Positions 30,370-40,299 of a stretch of 64,000 nt of DNA are shown piece after piece; position 1 is the stretch's first letter; each line of letters starts with the position of its first letter. The notes under the pieces were generated by a model that saw only the letters and a program-made list of their open reading frames with translations, was not told the DNA's origin and ran no database searches. The stretch lies in contig CALSRB010000005.1 of assembly GCA_943788655.1 (NCBI GenBank), positions 258,502-322,501 of the forward strand, in the 5' to 3' direction. The DNA is from Candidatus Poseidoniaceae archaeon. GTDB taxonomy: Archaea; Thermoplasmatota; Poseidoniia; Poseidoniales; Poseidoniaceae. The position numbers and the translations under genes are program-made.

Positions 30370-30459
30370 GGTTAGGCGAACCGGTTCCCCCCCATCAATC
30401 GTGCGGAAGAGCGTCGCTTCGACCCATAGACCAAAAAGGGGAAGCGGCGTGTTTGAATC

Positions 30460-30849
30460 ATGGAACCACAATCCAATTTCGTACCAAACCTAACCCTCGG
30501 CTATGGAGCATTCCTCATTCTATGGGGTATTGCTGTCTCGATTCTCTCAGAATCCGAATCGATTACCTCGTACTTCCCAAGCATCCTCGGCGTACCGCTC
30601 GCGCTTGCTGGCTTGATGGTCATGCGAACGCCCGAAAAGCGAAAACTTTGGATGCACATTGCTGCGACGTTTGGGTTGCTCTGTGCGATCGGAGGCACTC
30701 GATTCTTCATGGTCATGGGCGATGGAATCACCTATGCCTCTGGCTCTATGCTCATGCTGTTGGTCACTGGCAGCGCCTACACCGCTGTGTGTGTTCGTTC
30801 CTTCATCGCTGCTCGCAAAGCCCGAGAAGCGGCGGAAGCCAGCGCATGA
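30460..30849 (+). CDS. small integral membrane protein (4 predicted TM), function unknown
   Basis: 129-aa ORF containing four hydrophobic stretches; no recognised motif. Confidence 0.45.
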   Translation: MEPQSNFVPNLTLGYGAFLILWGIAVSILSESESITSYFPSILGVPLALAGLMVMRTPEKRKLWMHIAATFGLLCAIGGTRFFMVMGDGITYASGSMLMLLVTGSAYTAVCVRSFIAARKAREAAEASA

Positions 30850-30903
30850 GTTTGATTCACATCAAAGCGTCATGCTCTTGATGGAGAAGGACTTGGAACA
30901 ATC

Positions 30904-32805
30904 ATGGCTGATGCCGACGCTTCCGTTCACGAGGCTTCAGTGGAGGCTGTTTTGATTTCCGGCCATGAGAAAGATGGAGTGGCTCGACGCCAACTGACCC
31001 TCTCTGCCGTCGGTACAATGGCTGTTGCAGTGGTCTTCTTGTTGCTGGCCATGACTTTTGGCGAGACCCTTATTTCAAGCACGGTGGATGAGGAATTCGA
31101 AGGTGACTGGTGGAACACACCTCTGCACCTTCGCCACCAAATGGACCTTCCAATGGACACGCTACGAGCACAATTACCTGTGAATGGAACCTACGAAGCA
31201 TTGCCATACACAGAGCACTTTATCGAAGTTGAACTCCCCGCAAGTGAGCAAGATGCTGGGTTCCCCGGACCCGCTCTCATGCACGTTGCGTTGTGGCTTC
31301 CAAATGTGCCAGAAGGAACTCAAGTTCCTGTCATTATGACCATCCATCCCTACTACGACTTCGGTGGGGAAGGGTTGCCGGGTATTGGCGACGACTCCTC
31401 ACCGAACACAGTCCCAGACGGCGGCGTAGGAAAATGGGTCTATGACACATTCCTACCGCATGGCTATGCCTTTGCTCAAGCCTCAACCTTCGGCACAGGA
31501 CAGTCCACCCACTGTCAAGATGTGAAAGGTCTTGGTGAGCAAACTGGTATTCAAGCGGTGACCGATTGGCTTGGGCAGCAAAACTGGTCGAATGGCAATG
31601 TCGGATTGATGGGCAAATCCTACGCAGGCACCACCAACTGGGAAGCTGCCCAAAACCCTTCGGAGCACCTGAAAACAATCGTGCCGATCTCAGGCTCCAT
31701 TGGTGTCCAAGAAATGTTCTACCGCAACGGCTCTTCTGAAGCCCGAGCGATGGGGTATGACGCAGCCTACCAAGCGGCGACCACCGATCTAACAACCGAT
31801 GACATGCGATTGTGCTCAGACGATGCAATTGGCCCACTTAATCCGTTTTCGACATGGGGTTGGGCCGAATTCGGCGGGGCTGAATGGAACGACTACTGGG
31901 ACGAACGAAGGCACCTTCCTGACGTCTTGGAAAACTACCGTGGCAGTGTTTACATCGTGTGGGGAATGCAAGACTGGAACGTCGATCCATACCACGCTTT
32001 CCCAACATACCAGATGCTGATTGATGCAGGGATTAACGCTCGTGCCATCTCTGGCCAATGGGCCCACAATTACCCTGACCAACCCGATCGACACAGTGAA
32101 CTCGACACTGGATATGGAAAGGAAGCCTATCCAAACATGAGCCGTATGGACTGGGCCGTCGAGTTATATGGTTGGTTCAATTATTACCTCAAAGGCATCG
32201 GTGACGAACCTGAGCCAATGGTGCAAATGCAAACGAATGATGGCCGATGGCACGTGGAAACAACATGGCCACCTGCCGACATGATGTGGGACATGCACAC
32301 CATCGACACCACTTGGGGCAACCTCGGCACGGTGAACGGTGTTGGCAGTTCAGTCACACTCACCAGTCCAACATTCAGCAACGAAACTCACATCTCTGGC
32401 TTGCCAACACTCCATCTTGATGTCACGACTCAAGCCTGCAACGGTGGTCAAATTTTTGCAACCCTTTACGATGACACGGCAAACCTTCGACTTGGACATG
32501 CAACAATGGACATTCGATACAGAGACGGAGGCTATGATGCTCAACCAACGGCACCTCTCAGCCAATACACCATGCTGATGGAATTCAATCCACTTGACGT
32601 TGTGTTGCCCGCTGGCCACGCCCTGCGCTTGGAATTATCCGAAACGGGTGAGGATTACCTGCCGGGGCCCTGTGCTTCAAACCCAGCTGGCGGATTAAGC
32701 ATCAACGGTGGCACCTTTGGCCTGCCCTTGATCGACAGGCCGACATCCCACGAGGCGTGGTTTGAAGCGCCTCACTGGTGGGATCAACAGCCCATCCCCT
32801 CTTGA
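30904..32805 (+). CDS. CocE/NonD-family serine hydrolase / Xaa-Pro dipeptidyl-peptidase (S15), N-terminal membrane anchor
   Basis: Nucleophile elbow GKSYAGTT (GxSYxG). The size of ~630 aa and the alpha/beta-hydrolase plus C-terminal beta-sandwich layout are consistent with the S15/CocE family. N-terminal TM MAVAVVFLLLAMTF. Confidence 0.7.
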   Translation: MADADASVHEASVEAVLISGHEKDGVARRQLTLSAVGTMAVAVVFLLLAMTFGETLISSTVDEEFEGDWWNTPLHLRHQMDLPMDTLRAQLPVNGTYEALPYTEHFIEVELPASEQDAGFPGPALMHVALWLPNVPEGTQVPVIMTIHPYYDFGGEGLPGIGDDSSPNTVPDGGVGKWVYDTFLPHGYAFAQASTFGTGQSTHCQDVKGLGEQTGIQAVTDWLGQQNWSNGNVGLMGKSYAGTTNWEAAQNPSEHLKTIVPISGSIGVQEMFYRNGSSEARAMGYDAAYQAATTDLTTDDMRLCSDDAIGPLNPFSTWGWAEFGGAEWNDYWDERRHLPDVLENYRGSVYIVWGMQDWNVDPYHAFPTYQMLIDAGINARAISGQWAHNYPDQPDRHSELDTGYGKEAYPNMSRMDWAVELYGWFNYYLKGIGDEPEPMVQMQTNDGRWHVETTWPPADMMWDMHTIDTTWGNLGTVNGVGSSVTLTSPTFSNETHISGLPTLHLDVTTQACNGGQIFATLYDDTANLRLGHATMDIRYRDGGYDAQPTAPLSQYTMLMEFNPLDVVLPAGHALRLELSETGEDYLPGPCASNPAGGLSINGGTFGLPLIDRPTSHEAWFEAPHWWDQQPIPS

Positions 32806-32814
32806 GGCGAAGAC

Positions 32815-33174
32815 ATGCGCGTGCTCGCCTTCGAAGACACCTACGACCTAACGGCGATGCTTGACGCTGCAGGTTGTAACCTCAGTGGTGTCGAATTGGT
32901 GCAACGCTGGAACTCGGACGATCCTCTCAAACACATCATGGAATTCAAACCAGATGTGGTGATGTTGGATTTTTTCATGCCACCATACACTGGCCTCGAA
33001 GTACTTCAGATGCTCAACATGGCCGCGCACAACAAGCAACTCTCACGCCCGAACCTCATTATCGGCATTTCGAGCGAAGCGGAAGCAAACAAAGCCCTCG
33101 CAAAGGAGGGCGCGGATGCCTGCATCATCAAATTCGATATTCACACTCTGGACCTGTGGAAGACAAAAATATGA
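32815..33174 (+). CDS. single-domain CheY-like response-regulator receiver (REC) protein
   Basis: REC-fold residues at canonical spacing: acidic pocket FEDTYD, phospho-acceptor Asp in DVVMLDFFMPPYTGLEV, Ser in IIGISSEAE, Lys in ACIIKFD. No kinase is adjacent. Confidence 0.5.
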   Translation: MRVLAFEDTYDLTAMLDAAGCNLSGVELVQRWNSDDPLKHIMEFKPDVVMLDFFMPPYTGLEVLQMLNMAAHNKQLSRPNLIIGISSEAEANKALAKEGADACIIKFDIHTLDLWKTKI

Positions 33175-33220
33175 AGTTCGAAAGCGATGAGGCTAAATTC
33201 TTGCTGTCCCTGTAAGTGCC

Positions 33221-33940
33221 ATGGCCGATATTGCTGATGTGAGTTCACCCTTGATGGATGAACTGTCTGCGCTCGGCCCCATTTTTGGAATCGTTTTAAT
33301 CCTCGGTGGTGTCTTTTTGATGCTACGGGGCCATGAACGGTTGCAATACGTCGCTGGCGCAACGGGTGCTGGCATGGGCTATGTGTTAACACCAACCTTG
33401 TCTTCATTGATCCCAGATACAGGACTCGAAGATTTGCACGTGATGATCATCCTCATGCTGCTTTTCTCTGGCATCATGCTCATGACCATACAGATGAGCA
33501 TCTACCTCATGGCGTCGATGGGCACCTACATCATGTTCTCGTGGTCCTTCCATTGGCTCGATGGAAAAGGCATGGAAATTGCCGACAGTGAGTTCATCAC
33601 AAACGTCATGGCAATCGTAGCCTTCTTTTCCGTTATCTGGGTTCGAAAACAGTTACCAATGCTCGTTTCAGCGTTGCTTGGGAGCATTGCAACACTTTCT
33701 GGACTCTTGGTGCTCAACGGCCAACCGCTCGCTAATTTCAATCCACAAAACACCTCTACGCTTGCCATTGTGTTCGTGCTCTTCATCGTAAGTGTGACGT
33801 TTCAATCTCGAGCTATTAAGCGAAAGCAAGAGGAAGAAGATGGAGAAGAAGAACAACCTCCTACCAAATATACCAACCAACCAACTGCACCGCGAACAAC
33901 GCGTGTACCTTCACAATACGATTTGCCCGACCTTCGCTAA
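33221..33940 (+). CDS. hypothetical integral membrane protein (~6 TM) with Glu-rich C-terminal tail
   Basis: 239-aa ORF with multiple hydrophobic segments; C-terminal tail KRKQEEEDGEEEQPPTKYTNQ. Confidence 0.5.
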   Translation: MADIADVSSPLMDELSALGPIFGIVLILGGVFLMLRGHERLQYVAGATGAGMGYVLTPTLSSLIPDTGLEDLHVMIILMLLFSGIMLMTIQMSIYLMASMGTYIMFSWSFHWLDGKGMEIADSEFITNVMAIVAFFSVIWVRKQLPMLVSALLGSIATLSGLLVLNGQPLANFNPQNTSTLAIVFVLFIVSVTFQSRAIKRKQEEEDGEEEQPPTKYTNQPTAPRTTRVPSQYDLPDLR

Positions 33941-33984
33941 GCCGTAGGACGAACCTTGAAATCACCGACTCGGAAGCAACGCCC

Positions 33985-34902
33985 ATGGCAAGCGAATTGG
34001 ACTACGGTCCGGCGCATACCGATCGGCAAACCTTCGTGGCCATCGGCCTCGTTGCCTCCCTTCTTATCATGGTCTATGCCATGACTGATTTGCAGAGTTT
34101 GGTTGCTGAAAGCGCTGAATCTCTTAACGGCTCACGCAATCCATCTTGGGTTGTGACCGGTGCCCGATGCATTGCTTTGGGAATGGGACTCATCGCCGTT
34201 GGAATGATGTTCCGAGTTGGCCCTGGCAACATGCAAGTGCTCCTTCATGAGCAACGTGAAGTGAAATTGATTCATCCAGTTGGGTTTGAAAAATTCGTCA
34301 CCTTTAGTTCGTGGACGTTGCTAAGCAACATTCTGTATTTTGCCAGTGCTCTCACCGCCAGCGTGTACAGCACGGACGGTGGTTCGATTCCGTCATGGTT
34401 AGAACTCGTTCAAGTTAACATGTTTGTCATTGCATGTGGTTCGGCTTTCTTGACGGCAACGGTCGTTCGATACATCATCCTGCCCGATTTTGTTGATTCA
34501 GAGCGCGATTCACAATACATGTTCCAATACCACGAACAGGTGATGCACAATTTTGCGGCCATGTTTTTGGCCGTTGAGGTCATGCTTGTGGCACCTGTCT
34601 TGCACCCTGAACTCGCCTTGTCTTGCGTCGGGATGGGGTTGGTTTACGTCGCCTTTGCCTACCTTTATGCCTACAAGGGCGGAGGGTACTATGCCTACAG
34701 TTTCATTGACCCGAGGAAGAAATTCGCCCCCTTCATCATGCTTGGCCTCGCAGGGGCGATTGCCGTGTTCTATCTTGGAATCTTACTCGCTAGTCGCCTT
34801 GTGGAATGGAATGTCTACCTCGGAAGCATCGTGTTGGCACTCTGGGTGTCCCTCATCGTGCAGTTCTGGTCAACTGACCCAGAAACTCAGTCTTCATCGT
34901 AA
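33985..34902 (+). CDS. hypothetical integral membrane protein (~7-8 TM)
   Basis: 305-aa ORF that is hydrophobic throughout; no recognised motif. Confidence 0.5.
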   Translation: MASELDYGPAHTDRQTFVAIGLVASLLIMVYAMTDLQSLVAESAESLNGSRNPSWVVTGARCIALGMGLIAVGMMFRVGPGNMQVLLHEQREVKLIHPVGFEKFVTFSSWTLLSNILYFASALTASVYSTDGGSIPSWLELVQVNMFVIACGSAFLTATVVRYIILPDFVDSERDSQYMFQYHEQVMHNFAAMFLAVEVMLVAPVLHPELALSCVGMGLVYVAFAYLYAYKGGGYYAYSFIDPRKKFAPFIMLGLAGAIAVFYLGILLASRLVEWNVYLGSIVLALWVSLIVQFWSTDPETQSSS

Positions 34903-35609
34903 GGTTGCCAATCGTCTTGGCCTTCCTCACGGAACCACCAGTATCCATCTTCGTCCTCGAACCACTCAACGCCGTTCTCGTCAATGGAGTACCCTTCGAC
35001 TTCTTCCTCTTCCTCTTCGTAGACTTCTTGCTCAGCGTTTGGATCAACCATTCCAGATTCTTGCGAGATCTGTTGCTTAAGTTGGTCAAGTTCCTCGTCT
35101 GCGTCAGCGAAAACTCGATTCTCGGTGATAATCTCTGCTTGATGATCACCTTGGCGGATTGCATCGTCTGAGTCAGCCAAGAAATCGTCGCTCATTCGAG
35201 CCTTAAATTCCTCAAATTCATCGCGTCCGTAACTTCCAAGGAACTCATCGCCTTTGGATTGCATCAAGTCATCGAGGTTTGCCCGCTTCTCACGCTTGAG
35301 TTCAGGAGCATCTGGAACACTGCCAGCATAGAATGAGTCTTCATCGTCTGAGAGTTTGCCAAAGGATCGTCCTTCAGGGTCAACTTCTTCGATGGCTTCA
35401 ATGATGAGATCGTGTTCCTCTTCATCGAGGTTCTCTTCTTCGTATTGTTCACCGACCATGGTGACCAATTTGTTGAGATTGCGGGCCAATTTACGGTCGT
35501 CGTCCTCAAACTCACTCACGAGTTTGTCAACCTGTTTCAACAACCGCTCGTATGGCGTGCCGGTGATAGCGCCAAGGAAACGCCCAAAGCCCCCTTTCTT
35601 TCTCGCCAT
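34887..35609 (-). CDS. hypothetical highly acidic cytoplasmic protein (~240 aa)
   Basis: Track ORF 34887..35678; start refined to ATG 35609 (MARKKGGFGRFLGAITGTPYERLL). The rest is Asp/Glu-rich with C-terminal ...EEEEEEVEGYSIDENGVEWFEDEDGYWWFREEGQDDWQPYDED. Divergent from the JAMM gene at 35706. Confidence 0.5.
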   Translation of the reverse strand: MARKKGGFGRFLGAITGTPYERLLKQVDKLVSEFEDDDRKLARNLNKLVTMVGEQYEEENLDEEEHDLIIEAIEEVDPEGRSFGKLSDDEDSFYAGSVPDAPELKREKRANLDDLMQSKGDEFLGSYGRDEFEEFKARMSDDFLADSDDAIRQGDHQAEIITENRVFADADEELDQLKQQISQESGMVDPNAEQEVYEEEEEEVEGYSIDENGVEWFEDEDGYWWFREEGQDDWQPYDED

Positions 35610-35705
35610 AGTGATTGGTGCACACCAGTCCTTTTGAAAGATTCTTTCCCTCCATGGACCTCCGCACAGTTCATTCAAGAGGGCCTCTTAGCCACGCCGA
35701 GGGCG

Positions 35706-36467
35706 ATGGTGGAATCTTGGCTGGTTGAGTTGATGACCACGTACAACGAGGAGTCGTACACCGGTCGAGAGGCTTACACGGCTCAAGTGCATCTTCCCGG
35801 TCAAGTGTTCGAATCGCTCGTTTGGTGGGCACTTCAAGCGCTTCCTGATGAAATTCTGGTCGGGCTCGACATCGATTCAGAAACGCCTCATGTTGAAGAA
35901 GTGGATTTGGCTTTCAGCGCACAAGAGAGCACGTCAAACTTGTTTCAAGGCCAAGGGTATCGAATCAAAGAGGCGCACATCGTAAATCGCGGCGATTCCT
36001 ATTCGGTTCATCACCTGCCTGAAGATTGGACGGATGACATGTTTTCCAGTTCTCGAGGTTCACGCGCTGGTCGTTTTACCCATTGGTTGCATACCCATCC
36101 AAACGCCCCTGCGATCCCAAGTGGTGCTGATGCTGATGCGGCGCAAGAAACCGCAGGCATCGATATGATCCTCGGGCTAAGGTTTTCTCCCGAAGGCCCA
36201 TTGCCATGGTTTGACGATGTGGAAGGCCAACGAAGAAGGGTTGGCAAAGAGGCTGTTCCACAACCAACCAAAGCTCGTCGCCGATCGTTTTTCCAACGCC
36301 AACAACTTCCTGTTCTCGGGGTTGCACCGAGTGGCCACAAAATCCACGAAATACAATTGATTGCCTTTCACAAAAACGGACTTGGCGTCAACGTCGTATT
36401 GGTGGATGAAGAAGGCTATCCATACGGCTGGAGCCAATTCAACGATCACGCCACAAGTGAGGCATGA
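35706..36467 (+). CDS. JAMM/MPN+ (Mov34) family metalloprotease-like protein
   Basis: Track ORF 35412..36467; start refined to ATG 35706 because upstream codons overlap the opposite-strand gene. Complete JAMM motif FTHWLHTHPNAPAIPSGADAD (HxHx7Sx2D) with upstream Glu (EEVDL). Confidence 0.6.
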   Translation: MVESWLVELMTTYNEESYTGREAYTAQVHLPGQVFESLVWWALQALPDEILVGLDIDSETPHVEEVDLAFSAQESTSNLFQGQGYRIKEAHIVNRGDSYSVHHLPEDWTDDMFSSSRGSRAGRFTHWLHTHPNAPAIPSGADADAAQETAGIDMILGLRFSPEGPLPWFDDVEGQRRRVGKEAVPQPTKARRRSFFQRQQLPVLGVAPSGHKIHEIQLIAFHKNGLGVNVVLVDEEGYPYGWSQFNDHATSEA

Positions 36468-36967
36468 AGGGTTTCTAGGCGTTCGGGATTGACCCCTAAA
36501 TCGCCCTGACCCAAACGAGATTGTGAGTGCAACTCGATCTGTGTTGTGTCAACATCAACCACTGTTAAGGACACGGCTACATCATCAGGAAACCGCCAGA
36601 AACTCGTTCGAACAACAAAATGAATGTATGAACTGTTTTCATCATTATCCTCCACAAGAACGTCTCCATTGTTGGATTCAATGAAGTCATCGAGGTTTGC
36701 TTGCACCTCATTCATCGGGGCTTGGATGGTTAAACTGAGATCATCCATTCTGAAATCAGAACCGCCGCCGAGGTGTGCGCAGTTCATGCTGTTGGTTTCG
36801 CATTGCGGCATTGTTTCAAACGGTTCATCACCAGCGCTCGTTAGGATCCAGAGTTGGCAGAGCAACCAGGGGGCAATGAGTGCACTGACAACCAGCAGTA
36901 CGTTCGTACGGGAGAGGAAATTTCGCTCAGATGTCACGGCGTTCCCATCCTGTGTCCGACCATGCAT
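36446..36967 (-). CDS. hypothetical secreted/membrane protein, possibly DUF1499-like
   Basis: Track ORF 36446..37018; start moved to an internal ATG (MHGRTQ...) to limit overlap with gpmA. Hydrophobic segment VLLVVSALIAPWLLCQLWIL. The C-terminal ...SRLGQGDLGVNPERLE resembles the DUF1499 signature, but this is recalled from memory, not searched. Confidence 0.35.
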   Translation of the reverse strand: MHGRTQDGNAVTSERNFLSRTNVLLVVSALIAPWLLCQLWILTSAGDEPFETMPQCETNSMNCAHLGGGSDFRMDDLSLTIQAPMNEVQANLDDFIESNNGDVLVEDNDENSSYIHFVVRTSFWRFPDDVAVSLTVVDVDTTQIELHSQSRLGQGDLGVNPERLETLHASLVA

Positions 36968-37640
36968 AGACCATCGGTTGGCCTGTTGGAACCTCAAGGG
37001 AAAGCACTTCTTCTTCACTCAATCCTTCGATGTGCATGATGATGCTGCGAAGCGAATTACCGTGCGCTGCAACAAATACATTGTTGCCAGATTCAAGGGC
37101 AGGAACAAGGGTTGAATCAAGGTACGGAATGGTGCGTTCCGCAGTGAGTTTGAGCGATTCACCAGATGGCGGTGGGACATCAAAAGAGCGTCGCCAAATG
37201 TGCACTTGTTCCTCTCCGTACTGCCGTCGAGTTGCATCTTTGTTCAACCCTTGCAAGTCACCATACATTCGCTCGTTTAGTTGCCATGAGACATGAACTG
37301 GAAGCAAATCTTCTGAGCCGGCATCGCCTTTGATTTGAGCCCATTCAATCATTCTCGCTTCGTTTTCTGAAACGGAATCAACGCCGGCCTCTGGCTGTGG
37401 GTATTGGAACACGGGCGTCTTCCCGCCGTTGTGCTGAGCAAGCGCAAGCATGGCGGTCATTTGAGCGCGAATGAGCGTCGAAACGTGCACTTCATCGATG
37501 TCAAGATGAGCGATTTGCTGACCGCCCGCGATGGCTTCTTCGATCCCGACGTTGGTCAGTGGCACATCCACCCAGCCGGTGAACAACTTGGCAGCGTTCC
37601 ACATGGATTGGCCGTGGCGCATCAAAATGAGCAGTGACAT
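36927..37640 (-). CDS. gpmA: 2,3-bisphosphoglycerate-dependent phosphoglycerate mutase
   Basis: MSLLILMRHGQSMWNAAKLFTGWVDVPLTNVGIEEA is the histidine-phosphatase RHG motif and dPGM signature; the length of 237 aa is consistent. Confidence 0.9.
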   Translation of the reverse strand: MSLLILMRHGQSMWNAAKLFTGWVDVPLTNVGIEEAIAGGQQIAHLDIDEVHVSTLIRAQMTAMLALAQHNGGKTPVFQYPQPEAGVDSVSENEARMIEWAQIKGDAGSEDLLPVHVSWQLNERMYGDLQGLNKDATRRQYGEEQVHIWRRSFDVPPPSGESLKLTAERTIPYLDSTLVPALESGNNVFVAAHGNSLRSIIMHIEGLSEEEVLSLEVPTGQPMVYAWSDTGWERRDI

Positions 37641-37694
37641 GGTTTCTCCCTGATGTTGGGGCAGCGCCGCCTCTCAATGAACATGGCGGCGAAA

Positions 37695-38534
37695 TCACGC
37701 AAAGAGCGCTGGCAGCCCCGCGAGAATAAAAATCGGCAAAAGCCCCATTGCGAGGTCGCGCAAAAGGAGGAACAGAAGTGTCTTGGTATTGATTTCTGCA
37801 AGTTTGTCGAATTCAACCTGCATCTTAGAATCCACAACTTCTGAAAGCTTTCCTGCTCCAGTTTTAGCGACCTCAATCGCTGCACCAAGCGCAAGACCTC
37901 CCAACAACCCTTGTGGCGTGAGTTTACGAGCCATGAGGGCTCGAGTGCCCCAAATTTTGAGGGATCGTTTAGCGACGCGTTCGCCGTTTGACTCATCTTC
38001 TGTAGAATCATGAGAACTTGGTTTTGGCTTGGTCAGTGAAAATTTTTGCAGCCACGAACGTGCTTTTATGCCAATATCTGCCACTTTTCGCAACTTGGCG
38101 ATGTCTTGCCGTTCAATTGCTTTCAGCATTCTGCGAACTCGTGCAATCCTGAGTAGATCGAGAAAAATCCATACGAACAAAGACAAGATGAGCAATCCCA
38201 TACCAACCTCACTTACCTCTCCCCATGTGGTCCATCCAATCGGATCGGAGACACTTCGAATCAAGAGAACCAGCAAAGGTGGGATGCTGAATGCTAGAAC
38301 TTCATTCAGTGCGAGAACTCCGAAACCACGAACTGGTAAATCTCGTAACTGCTTCAGTGCCCAGCCTGAATGTGGTGCGAGCTTTCCAATGGCTTTTCTG
38401 AATGGAGCGGCTAGAAAGAGAATTCGAAGCATTAAGGGCAACCAAATAACCACCAGAACATAGCCATCCCAAGGACCCGATGGTGGAAATTCTGGGAGTT
38501 GTAATGGGGTCGCCACACCTTCACATAGAGCCAC
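37695..38534 (-). CDS. hypothetical integral membrane protein
   Basis: 279-aa ORF with several TM-like segments and a central charged coiled region; no recognised motif. Confidence 0.45.
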   Translation of the reverse strand: MALCEGVATPLQLPEFPPSGPWDGYVLVVIWLPLMLRILFLAAPFRKAIGKLAPHSGWALKQLRDLPVRGFGVLALNEVLAFSIPPLLVLLIRSVSDPIGWTTWGEVSEVGMGLLILSLFVWIFLDLLRIARVRRMLKAIERQDIAKLRKVADIGIKARSWLQKFSLTKPKPSSHDSTEDESNGERVAKRSLKIWGTRALMARKLTPQGLLGGLALGAAIEVAKTGAGKLSEVVDSKMQVEFDKLAEINTKTLLFLLLRDLAMGLLPIFILAGLPALFA

Positions 38535-38682
38535 AGAACTTCAATCCAACCCCAGATTAAGCTCAATCCCATGCATCTAGTGATTGCATTTCACATCCGG
38601 CGACAGTACGATTCGTCATCAAAACCACCGAAGCGCTCATGTCCATCCAGTGGATGGGCGGTGCATGCCCTTCACACACAAC

Positions 38683-39027
38683 ATGGCCGACTGGCTTGGT
38701 TTCAACATCGACAAAGCATGGTTGGAAGAAAACATCCGATGGAAGGACTTCGGCACAGGCGTTCGATTGGGACGGTTGTACCGAGAAGACGCATGTTCGC
38801 TTGTGTTGTACGAAGCAGACTCTGAAGTGACTGTCGACGCTTTCATGCCTCATAGCCATCCTGGCGGAGAAGCATACATCGTTCTCGAGGGCGAGGTTTG
38901 GGACGAAGATGGCACCTACCCCGCTGGTTCCCTTGTGTGGATGAATCGAGAAACAACACACACGCCGAAGACCCGAGGAAAGACGCTGATATTGGTGCTC
39001 TGGCCTGAGGGCGTCAAGAGTGCTTGA
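38683..39027 (+). CDS. cupin-domain protein
   Basis: Track ORF 38584..39027; start refined to ATG 38683 (MADWLGFNID). Cupin motif 1 FMPHSHPGGEAYIVLEGEV (G(X)5HxH(X)3-4E(X)6G-like). Confidence 0.6.
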   Translation: MADWLGFNIDKAWLEENIRWKDFGTGVRLGRLYREDACSLVLYEADSEVTVDAFMPHSHPGGEAYIVLEGEVWDEDGTYPAGSLVWMNRETTHTPKTRGKTLILVLWPEGVKSA

Positions 39028-39319
39028 CAATCTCTTCGAGATCGTATTCACCACCGGACAGCAGCCCCTCAAAGAGGAACGGCCCCGCTGGCACCACCGC
39101 TGCAATGAATCCGTGAATCAAAGCGGTCATGGTCCAGTGCTTGCCAACGCCAAGGAACAGCAAACCGATGTAAGCAACGAACAAACCACCGTGGAGTGAA
39201 CCCATGAGGCTGACCATTGCAGGGTCGCCTGCGATGTACTTCAACGGCATTGCATACCCCATCAAAATGAGAAATGAAAAACCTTCGAGGTAGCCGACAA
39301 AGGCGACGAGCGATTTCAT
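39014..39319 (-). CDS. small integral membrane protein (3 TM, DUF3817-like), last gene of the ABC operon
   Basis: 101 aa, hydrophobic. It overlaps the upstream ATPase gene by 4 nt (translational coupling). Confidence 0.45.
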   Translation of the reverse strand: MKSLVAFVGYLEGFSFLILMGYAMPLKYIAGDPAMVSLMGSLHGGLFVAYIGLLFLGVGKHWTMTALIHGFIAAVVPAGPFLFEGLLSGGEYDLEEIVKHS

Positions 39320-40296
39320 GCTTTGACCTCAATCATCGGACGGCTTGAGCCGCAAGAGGGACAGAGTTGCTCTTCGATTCCATCGTACGCATGCTTACAC
39401 GCAGGGCACGTCATGGTCAATTCCATCTTCCCCATTGCTTCAACAGCTTCGCCTTGCAAGGAAAGATAACCGCTGTCGGCGTTGCCGACCGTGTATCGAC
39501 CTGCACCACCGATTCGAACCAACAAATCTGGTGGCAAGGTGACTGTCCCCGTCTCATCGATGATGAGTTCTCGGTCTTTGCCAAGGTTTTCAACGTCCAC
39601 ATCTGCACCGTGTTCTGCGACAAAACGTCCATCACGAAGTTCGAGCGAACGGTTGGCAAAGGCTGCGACTTCTTTTGAGTGCGTCACAATCAAGAACGAG
39701 ACGCCATCATTTTCGTGGAGGTCTTTGAACAGAGCGAGCACTTCTCTCCCCGTCACTGGGTCAAGGGCGCCTGTCGGCTCATCAGCCAAAATCAAACGCG
39801 GGTTCGTGATGAGGGCTCGAGCAATCGCAACACGTTGCTGCTCGCCACCACTCAACATCATTGGCAACGCATGAGCGCGGTGGATCATGCCCAGTCGTTC
39901 AAGCATCTGATCGGCGAGCTTGAGTGCCTTTCGAGAGGCGACGCCTTGGTGACGAAGCGGTTGTGCAACGTTGTCACGTGCATTCAGGTTCGGTAAGAGA
40001 TTGCCCTCTTGAAAAATAAACGACACCGTTTTCTGGCGCAATTCAACCAATTCTTGACCGGTCAATCTTGTCATGTTTTTTCCTGCCAATGAAACGGAGC
40101 CTGCGCTGGCTTTCATGAGACCGCCGAGGCATTTCATCAAGGTCGATTTTCCTGAACCTGAAGGACCAACCACTGCAATGGCTTCGCCTTGCTTCATATC
40201 GATGTGAAGCCCTCGAAGAGCAACGACGTTTCCGTCCTCTGCTTTTGATTGGTACACGTGGTAAAGTCCATCTGCTTTCAAAATACTATCCTTCAT
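39316..40296 (-). CDS. ABC transporter ATP-binding protein (MacB/LolD-like) with C-terminal Cys4 zinc-ribbon
   Basis: Walker [10 protein letters not shown], signature [15 protein letters not shown], Walker [10 protein letters not shown]-terminal extension ends ...[22 protein letters not shown]. Confidence 0.85.
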   Translation of the reverse strand: MKDSILKADGLYHVYQSKAEDGNVVALRGLHIDMKQGEAIAVVGPSGSGKSTLMKCLGGLMKASAGSVSLAGKNMTRLTGQELVELRQKTVSFIFQEGNLLPNLNARDNVAQPLRHQGVASRKALKLADQMLERLGMIHRAHALPMMLSGGEQQRVAIARALITNPRLILADEPTGALDPVTGREVLALFKDLHENDGVSFLIVTHSKEVAAFANRSLELRDGRFVAEHGADVDVENLGKDRELIIDETGTVTLPPDLLVRIGGAGRYTVGNADSGYLSLQGEAVEAMGKMELTMTCPACKHAYDGIEEQLCPSCGSSRPMIEVKA

Positions 40297-40299
40297 GCT

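Noticed and set aside
38563-39105. Minus-strand ORF of 180 aa
   Set aside because: Antisense to the cupin gene (38683..39027) and overlapping the DUF3817-like gene; Cys/Arg-rich composition and no motif.
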